20,000 bases of DNA from positions 175,288 to 195,287 of the forward strand of contig JBEWZL010000119.1 in the NCBI GenBank assembly GCA_045837725.1, given 5' to 3'. Below are positions 1 to 16,000 of the stretch, piece after piece; the stretch's first letter is position 1, and every line of letters begins with the position of its first letter. The notes below the pieces were generated by a model. It had not been told where the DNA came from and did no database searches. It was given only the letters and a program-made list of their open reading frames with translations. The stretch is from Vermamoeba vermiformis. Lineage: Eukaryota. A program made the position numbers and the translations under genes.

Positions 1-466
1 AGCCATAAAAGTGATTCGAGCTGGAAATATGAGACGATCTTTTGCTGCATTTAATTCCGATATTATCTAAATTTTAAAGACTAATTTAGTCTTTGGTACG
101 GGTAAATACAGCCTGCTGACGTCATTATTAATGAATTTAATTTAATTACCTCGTCTTTGAGTCTTTGAGCGCAAACTCGAATTCCATTGAGTGTTTTTCT
201 TCCAGTATTTGATTTTGGTGTAATCTAAAAAATTATTGAAGCCGCGTTAGACGAGATCCAGAAAACTAAAATAATAATTTGTCCATTTGCACACATATAA
301 AGCCAAATTAGCAAGCGATAATGAATGCTGTATATTTTCTTACAATTAACGGGTTTTCCTTCGCAAATTGTTTCTGCAGGGCTTCGTAGATGTAGACCCA
401 GTCTCCTGGAGCGCCATTATTGCCGTGCTGCAGCACAAATATCAAATCGGTTTTGTTGTCCTCCAT
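1..466 (-). CDS. DUF676-family putative lipase/serine esterase, 5' part (continues off window); exons 466-344, 224-150, 66-1
   Basis: Spliced translation MEDNKTDLIFVLQHGNNGAPGDWVYIYEALQKQFAKENPLI/ITPKSNTGRKTLNGIRVCAQRLKDE/IISELNAAKDRLIFPARITFMA. It matches the DUF676 N-terminal pattern (LxVLxHG..G...D; T..GI.....RL..E; strand before the nucleophile elbow). GT-AG phase-0 introns. Absent from the ORF track. Confidence 0.85.
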
Positions 467-859
467 CTTGTCTTCAGTATCTCAAGTTTAACAAATATAA
501 ATGAATTAGTGAGAGAAGGCAGAAAGCGAAACAGCCGATAAAAAGGAAATTTCAGCACGCACGTGCTGTCCCACACCCCAGTTCATACCAAGTAATGGGG
601 CACCTGCTTAAGTGAATAGGTAGATATCTGCGCAAAGAGGTCATGAATCCAGCGAGGTCAATCTTGAGGAAATGTATTCAGAAGAATTTTCTAATTTCAG
701 GTAGTATCCGTTGCTCCTGTCCAATCACAAGCTTCCATTCGAGCCTCCCTGCGGAGGATGCCAGCGGAAGCTCCTTAAGGACGAAATTTCGAAGCGCGTG
801 GTGCCAAAAAATCAAGCATAAATATCCGTAGTGAGTTCATGTTCTTCAAGCAGTCAACA

Positions 860-2901
860 ATGGACGAATCAAAGTATCCCACAGCAGACTCAGTGATCGT
901 AGATGCCGCCAAAGGGTTGGATCTGGATGACGCCTCTTACAAACCGCCAAAGTACTCGTTCCCCATCTTCGATGACGCTTTGTATAAAGAAGCTGAATTT
1001 GGCAAGGCTATGCGCGACACTAACTTTACAATTGGGGACTTCACGTTTCTAAGTAAGATCACAGATCTGTCATTCAATAGAAAATTCGGATATTTTTATT
1101 TAACGTTGAAGATTACTTGTTAAATATGGCCTATAATGATATAATTAGGATCTAATGGTAAATTAATTTTGAAAATAGATAATGGCTCGTTTGGGGCGTG
1201 TCCAAAAGTTGTGATCGAGGCTCAAAAGCGTTGGGAAGAGTATTTGGTAAGATAGCTCATACAATCATATACCATACTTATTTTGTAGGAACGATCGCCT
1301 GTCTCGTTCTACATGCTCGATTTGCCTCCATTTGAAGTGCACGCGATCAGAGAACTCGCCAAGTTCATTGGAGCCCCAGCTAAAAATGTATTGCTCGTAG
1401 AAAACGCTAGTATGGGTAAGTATAGATCTTATCTATTCGGTTAAGTAGAGATTTCTGAAGATTTTCTCTGAAGGCTGCAATGTTGTTCTTCGTTCCATGC
1501 CGTTTACCAAGGACGACGAGGTTGTCTTTCTTAACATTGGATACAGTAAGCAATGGATTATCCAAAATAAGCGCTAATTTCGATTAAGCATCCGTCATCA
1601 ACACGATGAACTATCTTGCCAAGCGGATCGGATTCAAACCCGTTCAAGTCAATGTTAAGACCCCAATCGTTATGAGCCAGGTATATTAGGCGTACTATCA
1701 AGTATTATTTTGCTAATATATATACTTCCAGCTATTGCAATCTCTCAGAGAGGCAATAACGCCCAACACGAAACTCGTAGTTTTTGATCATATTTCTAGC
1801 TCGCCAGGCAATATTTTGCCAATCAAGGATATGATTGCGATATGCAAGGCCAAGTAAGCACCCATGCATATCACGATCATTGTACAAGTATTAATCTAAT
1901 CGGTGCAGAGGTGTCCCAACATTGGTTGACGGAGCGCATGCTGTCGGTCAAGTGCCGTTGAATATGAAAGACATTGGCTCTGATTTCTACGTATCTAACT
2001 GTCACAAGTGGTTGTATTCTTCGAAAGTAAGCAGAATGTTCGAGAACATTCCTAGCCTGAATTTTCCTCACCTTTTCGGCTTCAGGGATCTGCTTTCTTG
2101 TACGCTTCTGACGAGCATATCTCTAAGGTAAGGACCATATAATTAAAATGACGTAGTACTGTACTAACACAATTGTTACAGCTCCACCCGACTGTTATTT
2201 CAAACGATTACGGATCCTCACCGCAAGTCGAGTTTTTGTTCTCAGGTAATTAACGCAGACCCTCACTTACATTAGAATAGCAATTAATACAAATATAGGA
2301 ACCGGAAATTACTCTCCGAAGTTGACTATTATACCCGCGCTGCAATTCTACAACAAAATCGGTGGTGCTGAAAAGGTCATTAAGTACTGCCATAATCTCG
2401 CTTGGGAAGCTGGTAAGTCGCGCGCAGCATCAGTATTATGCATTACGAAGAGTTACTAATAGCTTCTATCCCTTAGCTAATGAACTGAAACGTGCTTGGG
2501 GAACTCATTTTGTCGTGTCAGAAACTGATAACGAAAACTACGAGCAGTACTTTGGAAACATGGTGGCTATTGCACTGCCTATTCCCAAGTTTAGCACGGT
2601 ATGTACTATCTAATCGATCGGTAGTCAAGGTCTAATTAAGCTAACCAATCACAAGGGTGAAAAAGCACGTGGTCACGCATTTTGGCTTCGCTTGAAACTG
2701 TGGAACGATTATAAAATTGAAGTAAGTTTGAAACGAGTATATTAAGTGGACCGTAATTATAATGAATATATTTATTAGGTTCCTATCACTGTGCTCGACA
2801 ACCAACTGTACGCTAGAATTTCAGCGCAGATCTGGAACGAGAAAGCAGACTTTTTGACACTTATTCCAGCCATTAAGGAGATCTATGAATCTCTTCAATA
2901 A
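860..2901 (+). CDS. Class V PLP-dependent aminotransferase (hercynylcysteine sulfoxide lyase Egt2 / L-cysteine desulfhydrase / isopenicillin N epimerase-like), multi-exon
   Basis: Motifs [40 protein letters not shown] (PLP lysine) and [10 protein letters not shown]; many GT-AG introns; stop TAA 2899-2901. Start taken as ATG 860 (aacaATG); an in-frame ATG at 839 is an alternative. Confidence 0.92.
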
Positions 2902-3085
2902 ACTTAACTTGTGAACTTTACTCGTAGGACTCGCGACACGAACTAGTTCAAGTATTACATTTGTGGAAAGACATTTTGCATCAATTGATATTCGACAGAT
3001 AAACACGCTGATTCGAGTGTACGAAACAACGCCACTCATTCAAGCCTTTTTGGAACCTTTGTTAGGTAGGTTTAGGGATTACGCT

Positions 3086-4195
3086 ATTGGTCAGTTATTT
3101 TAAGAGCGGCCAATAGAGTTATTTAGCAAAAAATATGGAGGCTTATTTTTAGAAAAAGTCCGATAACCGCATGAAAACCGACCTAAACAAATTTCAATGT
3201 ACAGTGCAATCGAATGCACAGTTTATTTTGCTACACGAGGAGTACATTTATGCTCGGAATGGAACGGATCTGTTCCTCTTCTTCTTCGGATAATTGCGTT
3301 ACGACTCTGGTACAACAACGAGGATTTTAGACACCTTAACCACCTTCTTGTACTAATGTTGTGTTTTAAAGGAATGAAATTTACCTAAATACAGCAAAAC
3401 TATTGGCAGGCTTATTTTTAGAATGGACCAATCGCATTTTACCGATTTTCCCTACAAAAAAGAAATTCTGCACTGAAATTTTTCTTTCAAACTCACTTTT
3501 CACATAAGCACAACACTTCAAGATGGGAAGCTCTCCAAGCAAGCAACCTCAGTTCGTTAGCACCACCCGCCAATTCTTTTCAAACGATGACGACCTTATG
3601 AAGGAGTCCCCCCAAATTGTACCTGCCACTATAGCTCCCCGTGCCTTCTCACCTTGAGTCAGATGAACATTAGTAGATACTAGTATAAGGCTTGACTCCA
3701 ATTTTGTAATTGTACTCTCAAATAAAAGGACTTTGCACGAGTACATTCGCGAAACTACTTTGTAACGGGACCGATCAAAATATTCAAACTCGCTTATTTT
3801 GCATTCCGTAGCGTTCTCAAGAAGTACATAGTGCTTAGGTTGTGCATTTTGTCCATACACTCTATAACGTTATACAAATGGACAGTTTGTACGACAAATT
3901 TTATGCTTTGGAATGGAACGGATCTCTGGTTATAGAAGTGTCGCACAGTGGCTGGGTGTATCGCAAGCAACTCAACGACGAACGGAAAAAAAGAGAGAGT
4001 ACATCTGGATGGAAACAATGTACTTTTTTAGGTCGGACAATTTGCGTCACGACTCTAGTACAAACTTGCCCAGGAGGATTTTAGACCTTAACCACCAAGT
4101 TGTTCTCATTGCGCGCTTTATTTTGAAATTTAACTATTAGATTAAGAATAAATACTGTGAAACTATTGGTTGACTATTTTTAGAATGGGGCCAAT
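3086..4195. promoter_or_regulatory. Repeated composite element ATTGG-n-YTATTTTTAG-n-CCAAT (3086-3114, degenerate ~3134-3164, 3402-3432, 4165-4195)
   Basis: Inverted CCAAT boxes 19-21 nt apart flank a MEF2-consensus YTA(A/T)4TAR core (3143-3152, 3412-3421, 4174-4183; one mismatch at ~3095). Confidence 0.55.
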
Positions 4196-4250
4196 CAGTC
4201 CGCTTTCTGCTGCAGACACTTTTGGGTACAAAAAAATTCAATTTCAATCA
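3247..4250. repeat. Diverged local duplication: copy A ~3247-3490, copy B ~3900-4250
   Basis: Blocks shared in the same order: tttatgct..ggaatggaacggatct; ttgcgtYacgactctRgtacaa; gaggattttaga(ca)ccttaaccacc; tgaaattta; taaatac; aaactattgg..tatttttagaatgg..ccaatc. Confidence 0.85.
3523..3657 (+). CDS. Candidate 44-aa microprotein with N-myristoylation motif (MGSSPSKQPQFVSTTRQFFSNDDDLMKESPQIVPATIAPRAFSP)
   Basis: ATG 3523 to TGA 3655-3657; MGxxxSK N-terminus; CCAAT/MEF2-like module about 90-120 nt upstream; AATAAA at 3721-3726. Confidence 0.5.
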   Translation: MGSSPSKQPQFVSTTRQFFSNDDDLMKESPQIVPATIAPRAFSP

Positions 4251-4360
4251 AGCTCACTCCGCATCACCACTGCCACTGCTATTTGTTAGGCCAGGGTTGC
4301 AGTAACCCTTCTTCGTAAATTCCAAATTCCGTTTTCGAAATCTTTTTGCTTCGTAGCACA

Positions 4361-7300
4361 ATGGACTTACTTCCAGAAGAGTGTCTAGATAATATTGTAT
4401 CCTACGTAGACGTTGTCAGCTTGACACGGTTGGGTCTGTCATCGAAGCGCCTCAGATCGTAAGTGGATTTTGTTTAAGTCTCCAAACAAATTCTATTATT
4501 TGTTATTGTTGTTATAAAATAAATCTATATAAGAAAGAATTCCAAAGAAGTCAAGGCAAAGCTTATAACTATTATTTCAATTAATTAATTAATTCAATGC
4601 AGATCTTGCTTCTCCCCTCGCTATTGGACCCAAGTTGATTTTTCAACCAGTCATAACAATAATTTTACATCTGAATCGATTAAAAAGCTATCGAGCTTCG
4701 CTACGGAGCTGAAGATTCTCAATATTGAAAATTGCTCGAATGTCAATTTGGAGTCACTCGTCCCATTCGGTTTGTCATTGCTACAGAAAGATGTTCATTA
4801 ATACCTTATTAATTACTTGTACTTTATAGTGTTTGAATTCAAGAACTTGGAACTGATAAAACACGATGGACAACATCGACTGCTGGATGAGACTGTTGCG
4901 ATCAACAGAATGCTCAACAATGCTGATAAATTGATCGAAATGTACAGCGAGGATAAAGATCATTCAAATGAAGATCATAGAAGCAAATTTGATAATGCAG
5001 GTACGAAACCGTTCTTGGCTCGATCTCGAAAATCTATTTCTTAGCTTGAATTTAAATAGTTCGACAAGCACGTGCTCTGCTATGGGATGCGTTATTTATT
5101 GTGGTGGCCAATAAGCGAGGCTCATCTCTTCCTAAAGAGGCCTATTTCCAAAGTAAGCTACCGTAGTGCAACCACACTTTTGAGCGATTGAAACAAGACT
5201 CACCGTTCTATTACTCATAATAGACATTCATCATCCTCAAGAGACTCTCAATCTCGTAATGAAAAAGTTACGGGAGACTGAAAAATTGTTACAGCAGCCT
5301 TTGAAATTGTGGCACAACACCCTCACGTAAGCATGGCAAAATCTAAATTTGACGAAAAGCTATTTTAATAATTTTATTCTTTTGTTAGGTGGAAAACTGC
5401 AATTGAATGTGCGACATTCGTGAAAGAACCTCGCACTCAAAAAATCTACCTCGCGTGCGGAGTTTCCGGAGAGATTGTGTTGTGGGACTTGGACACACGA
5501 ACAGTGTTCAAAGTGTTCAATTATATTGACTCGTTGGACCAAGCTACTGCTAAGAACGCCAAGAGAGTGCGAGATTTCATTGATGTGTGCATGTTCACGC
5601 ACATGGATCACGTGATGATCTTGGGCGGTACTTCACGCGGCGCAGTGTGTTGGGACTTTGACACGAAGCAAATCATATACGAGATAAGCCTGCCATATGA
5701 AGAGGACAGTGACAGTGGCTATGTAAGCAGACATTGTAAGTTTTAGATCACTACTGGATGATGCAGGCGTGATCTAACGTTGCGTCAGATGCCTACAGTT
5801 GGGCGATTACAAACAATCAAGAAGGGTTTATAGAAGTTTACGACGCGGCGTTTCTATTTAACCTCGGCACTGGCGAGTTAGGCCAGCTAATGCGAAAGCC
5901 CGAGAGATTCGATGGCGGAAACAGACAGTCTGTCTACTCGACTAAGAACAGTGGCTCGGTATTGACCGCTTGGAAAGAAAACGCAGACAATCTTATTGTG
6001 GACATTACCGACCTTTTGACAAAGCAGCAGACACAAATTTTGAAACTAGTTCCTTCCTCGCACGAAGCGAACAACGGTGAAAAAACTGTAGACTGGTACA
6101 ACGGCCAATTGATTGCTATTCAAGCTAGACGTGGCATCGAAATCTACAAGAATAACTCGGATAAAGGTACGTAATCTGTCTATATAATAAATATTATAAT
6201 ATCTTACGCTTTGCTAGATCACCAGTACGAACTTCACTCGATTATTGAGCGACCAAACCATGCAACACAATTGAAATTTCTATCGGACAAGCTGTTACTT
6301 GTAGACTACGACGTTATCAATATTGACACTGGTAAGTCCGATGACACTTCTGTCCCCTGTTTAACTCGCATCCTATTGCATAGGAGCAACTGAGATTCAG
6401 TTAGAGAGCGGGCCCAGAGGCAGCCACGTGATTTACAGTCCCGAGCTTGACATTCTCGTTCACGCTCATCACATTGGAGTGGCGGCAATCTACGACTTTA
6501 AGACGAAACAAAAAATAGGACCCGATCCTTGTGGTACGTACAAGAGACCTTCCTTGACCGTGTCGTACTAACTTCAATTTAGTTATGCCTTTGTGCGCGA
6601 TGTCAAAGCTGGACAACGAGACAGTTTTGCTGCACGGCAATTACAGCACTCTTGCCTCTTTTGTTAATTACCACGGGCGTAACTATGCTAAGCGTATGTT
6701 TACTAGTCTACTAATAGACACGTATATTGACACACGAGTAGTCTCCCTTAAAGATTGCAAAGTCCTTGAAACTGTTGAAACGCCCTTGCAAGTGTTGGAC
6801 GTGTCATCTGACGGCAAATACGCGCTGGCACAGGACAAGAATTACCCTTGGAAAGACAGACACAACGTTACTTTTGTCGTGGTTGAGTTAGACACGAAAC
6901 AAGTGCTCTTCCAGCGCAAATTCTTGGAAGATTTTAAGACTGCTACATGGAGCATTAGCGCTGTTGGTCAGTTTATGCCACGACACCCTGATCAAGTCTT
7001 GTTATCACACCCACAATGTTCGTACAATCAAATAGCAATACGTCATTATGGCTCTAACTTTCCATCTTATAGGCGGCTTTCAAATCTTCGACATTAAGAG
7101 CGGGAAACTTGTGCATGATTATTCGACCAATCCGGAGTACGGAGGCGTGGGAGACCACATCAAAATTAGCTTAGACGAAAGATTCGTAGCGTTCAAGTCA
7201 GTCAAATCCAATTTGGGCTGCAACGTGGTCGTTGATTTGATCGAAAAGAAGGCCTACGATCTCAATGGCCACTCAAATTCCTCCGACGCCATTGCATTCA

Positions 7301-7949
7301 ATCCCACGAACTCGAACCAAGTCCTGACAGCTGGCTGTGGCATCAGTGTTTTCAACTTGCCTAACACCAAAAGAGAATTTTTCCTGACCAGATATCTTGA
7401 TGGCTTAGTTGAAACAATTCGAGAGTCCGAAGAGGTACCCGTCAATTAATTCAAACGAACAGATCTGCCCAAAAAAATTCTTTAACTTAATACCCGCTCT
7501 AAACGCGAATTTATTAACTATTGTATACGTTTTAACTGTATTATCGTAGGTCGTTTGCTTAAGATTTTCACCGGACGGAAAATATTTGGCTGCTATAGAC
7601 CCCCCTTCGCGAGGTCCTTGGGGCCTTGAGATTGTAAGTACAAAGACTAATGTTATATATTTCTATTGTACCCGGGACCCACTACGATAGATATCAATAG
7701 CACCGTAATTAACGTTATACATTCTGGTAGGCAAACACGCTGATACGCGTGTACGAAACAACAAATTTCACGCAAGTGTCATCATTTGATACCGGAGGTC
7801 ACGCACGAGCACTCTACTGGCTCGACAATGAGCGCGCAGTCGTTGGCATGATCAATGGGGAACTGCTGACATTGCAACTTGTGGTGAAAGAGTACAACAA
7901 GTTGTTCGAGTACATTGTACCCTCGCATCGTGCAAAACCTGACGAATAA
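4361..7949 (+). CDS. F-box protein with short LRR-like segment and C-terminal WD40 repeats, multi-exon
   Basis: N-terminal F-box MDLLPEECLDNIVSYVDVVSLTRLGLSSKRLRS..CFSPRYWTQVDF; LRR-like LKILNIENCSNV; WD-like units (GEIVLWDLDT, GAVCWDFDTK, GHSNSSDAIAFNPTNSNQVLTAG, VVCLRFSPDGKYLAA); stop TAA 7947-7949. Some internal splice sites are ambiguous. Confidence 0.85.
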
Positions 7950-8009
7950 ACGATTGTGATTGTAGTCCGCACGCTTAAAATTTGTTGTCTGTTAATGAAT
8001 CTAGTTTTT

Positions 8010-12874
<4,865 letters not shown>

Positions 12875-13053
12875 TTTCGCGTTGAGAATAGTAAAGCGAC
12901 GTCTGGGACACAATAAGGTACCTCGACGTTACGCACGTGATATTTCTCGTGGTTCAGTGAACGGCCCTGGGAGATTTTTTGATGATTTTGTTCGATACGA
13001 AAAGATTTTTTCAATTTTATTCATTTATCAACATACAGTAACAAGTCACCAGC
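12875..13053. promoter_or_regulatory. Compact bidirectional promoter between IleRS and the C2-ankyrin gene
   Basis: 179 nt between divergent ATGs (12874 -, 13054 +); contains a CACGTG E-box at 12934-12939. Confidence 0.6.
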
Positions 13054-16000
13054 ATGTCTTCAAGCGAGGATAAGCCTAAGAAGGAGCAAGTTAAGGAACG
13101 CGCTGACGTCGAATCTGAAGAGTCATTGACGGATTCCAGCTCTGAGCAAGAAAAACAACGCAGTGAATCTTCGAAAGAAGAGAAAAAAGCAGCGAGCAGC
13201 AAATCTGAAGATTCAGACGAAGAATCTTCATTAGAAGAAGTCGTTGTAGCTAAGAAACCACCAACTAAAGAAGAAAAAGTCGAATCTCCTCCACCCAGCA
13301 AGGAAGTTAAGGAAGAGAAGAAACCTGAGGTTAAAGAAGATAAGAAACCTGAAGTTAAGGAGGAAAAGAAACCCGAAGTCAAGAAAGAAGAAAAGAAGCC
13401 TGAAGAACCATCCAAGCCTCGTTCAGATTCACTCAAAAAGAGCGGCGAGAAGGATTCTAAGAAAAAGCCTAATAACAATGCTAGTGGTGCTGCTAAGGGC
13501 GAAGGTCACAAAGACGGTGGCTCGTTATATTTCTTAGGTAATTTTGAAATCCTCCGCTCAACGAAAAAATATTCCTCAAATTTGTATAATAATTGACTAA
13601 CGTTATTTTATTATAGCCGTTGAAGTTAAGAATGTTTCCAAGAAGCCTAAAAATTACTACGTGCACGCTTATTTGGATGAAGACGTTGTCCACAAAAGCA
13701 GCGTGACCAAGAAGGCCATGAAATGGGACGACAATGGTAATCTTATGTAAGTATTAATAAGATCATATAATAAGCAAATTGAATTTAAAATCTCGCTGCA
13801 GATCGTTAGCAAAAAATTTAAAGTTTAAACCAAAAAATCTCGATCTTGGAGGAATATTAAATCGACAAATAATATTTTAATATGTACGTCCTTAATTAAT
13901 ATTAATTTTGCAAATAGCTCTTTGGAACGCGAGAAGCACCCCGAATCTGTGCGTGTTCGTTTGTTCGAAAAAGGTTTAGTCGGTAATGTTTTGGACAAGG
14001 CCGTTGGCGAGGCTAGGTAAGTATTATATTAATTTAATAGTATTTAATTATCGGTATATAACCCAAATTGAAATTTAAAGTTGACTAAAAATCTTTTTTT
14101 GAGCGGATCAAGATTTTTTATTAATAATCTCGCTTTATTAGATTTAAGGTCTCTGATTTTAAGGACGAATATCCTTATGACCAATGGTATCCTTTGCACA
14201 CTTACACTAGCAAGGGCGAGATTAAGAAACAAAAAGGAGAAATTAAGCTCCAAATTTTGTATTTCCCTAAGGACGTAAGTAGAAATATTAATTTAGCCTT
14301 AATTCGCGTAATTTCTCGCAATTATTATCATTTTTAACGTTAAAATAATTATTTTTTGTCGGTGACACGAGTTTTAGACAGATCAAGCCACAATTTCTTT
14401 AATCTCCTCAAAATTTTCAATTTCTTCTAAAAATTGCGTAATTATTAATATTATATTATATATAGGCTAAGCACACTGGCGAGGAATTCCATTTCCCGCT
14501 CCACTACTTGTTGAAGAAGGATCGACTCGACCTCTTTGAACGCAAGTTGGCCGAATTGGGTGATGTCTCGCAACAAGACCACAACCAAATGACCGCGCTG
14601 CTCGAGTCTGTCGCGATGGACAAGCCTGATTTCTTGCGCGCCATTCTCAAGGAACACAAAGCCAAAGTCAACGAACAGAAGAACAGCAAAGGTTTGACCG
14701 CGCTGCACTTGGGTACGTATCTAACGGTATTTTTCATTTGCGAGGGGTGTATATAGTATATATATCATATTGTGACGTGATATCACTATTTGCGAACGCA
14801 AGATCCGCTTGAAATTTACCGAAGGCCGAAATTTTTATTTTTGGATCAAGCTCTCAAATCAAAATTTCAAGTAACAAACACGTTACTAGTATATACTGTA
14901 TATAGTGTTATTAATATTCGACTTTTATTGTAGCTTGCGAGAAGGGCCCTCATTGTGTCGATTTGTTGCTCGAAGCTGGAGCGAAGGTGGATGCGCAAGA
15001 CAACACCGAGAACAAGCACACGCCACTGCACTACGCTGCTGCTTCTAACAACGACAAGGCCATTGAGTCGTTGATCAAGCACAAGGCTGATGTTAATATT
15101 GCTAACGGAGCTGGCGACACCCCTGCACATGTTGCCCTCGCATCTGGATCTGTCAATGCCATCAAGACCTTGATTAAGCACAAGTGCGATATCTACCGCA
15201 AGAACAACAAGAACACCACTGTCTGGGAACTTTCCCAGCGCAAAGAGATCGTTTCAAAGGACGCTCGTGTTACGTTTATGACCGAGTTGGATGTGGTCGA
15301 TCCTCGCGAGTTCAAGCTCATGCGCAAGTTTGATAACAAGCTTAGAGTATTCGTAAGTATATACAATAATATTATATGAATCTTATATTGAAATTTTGTG
15401 ACGAGATCTTGTTGTCAAAAAACTCGCGCATATTTCTCATTCTATTCTTATTCTTTTAGGGCAAATCCTTGTCTGTTGACTGGCGCAAGGGTACTCAATT
15501 CTCTTTGACCGTCAAGGAGAAGACCAACGTCGCTATTCTCTTGTTCTACAGCGATGTCGACATCCGCGTAGTGGATTTCGCTACCAAGGTTGGATTCTGC
15601 GTCGTTAAGGGCGACGAAGGTCTGCATAAAGAAGTTACCTTCTGGCAAGGTGGTATTGGCTTTGGTGGTCTTAAGCCATACAAAGGAGGTAAGCTATCGT
15701 TCATACAGATTTTTTTTGTTCGAGCGAATCCGATCGAGCTGAGGGATCCCACAATATTATCCCTCGGCCTCTTATTATAATGATATATCATATACTTTAC
15801 GTACTTTTAAGCAGTGGAATGATGACCTTTGACACATGATATTATTTACCAAAAATATATCACGATGATTTTACTATCGAATTTCTTCACCTGATCCACT
15901 CGCAAAATAACTTTTCTCTCGCGCTATCGAGAGCATACGCTATAGTAGACATACTCCTATATTTTTTACTTCGCGATCGAGCGGATTTGCTGATCTTTTT

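Noticed and set aside
596-772. TPP riboswitch suggested by AATCCAGCGAGG and ATGCCAGCGGAAG
   Set aside because: The essential CTGAGA and ACCTGAT motifs are absent on both strands.
3061-3078. TTAGG/TTTAGGG telomere-like sequence
   Set aside because: Only one or two degenerate units; not an array.
3197-4140. ORFs 3197-3388, 3549-3860, 3794-4018, 3842-4084 and 3913-4140
   Set aside because: No recognisable domain; the reading frame is not preserved between the two duplicated copies, which points to non-coding DNA.
5723-5788. Apparent frameshift in the F-box gene if the GTAAGC donor at 5723 is used
   Set aside because: The GTAAGT donor at 5736 restores the frame, so it is not a pseudogene.
13017-13478. 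153-aa minus-strand Ser/Phe/Leu-rich ORF
   Set aside because: Antisense shadow of the K/E-rich exon 1 on the plus strand.
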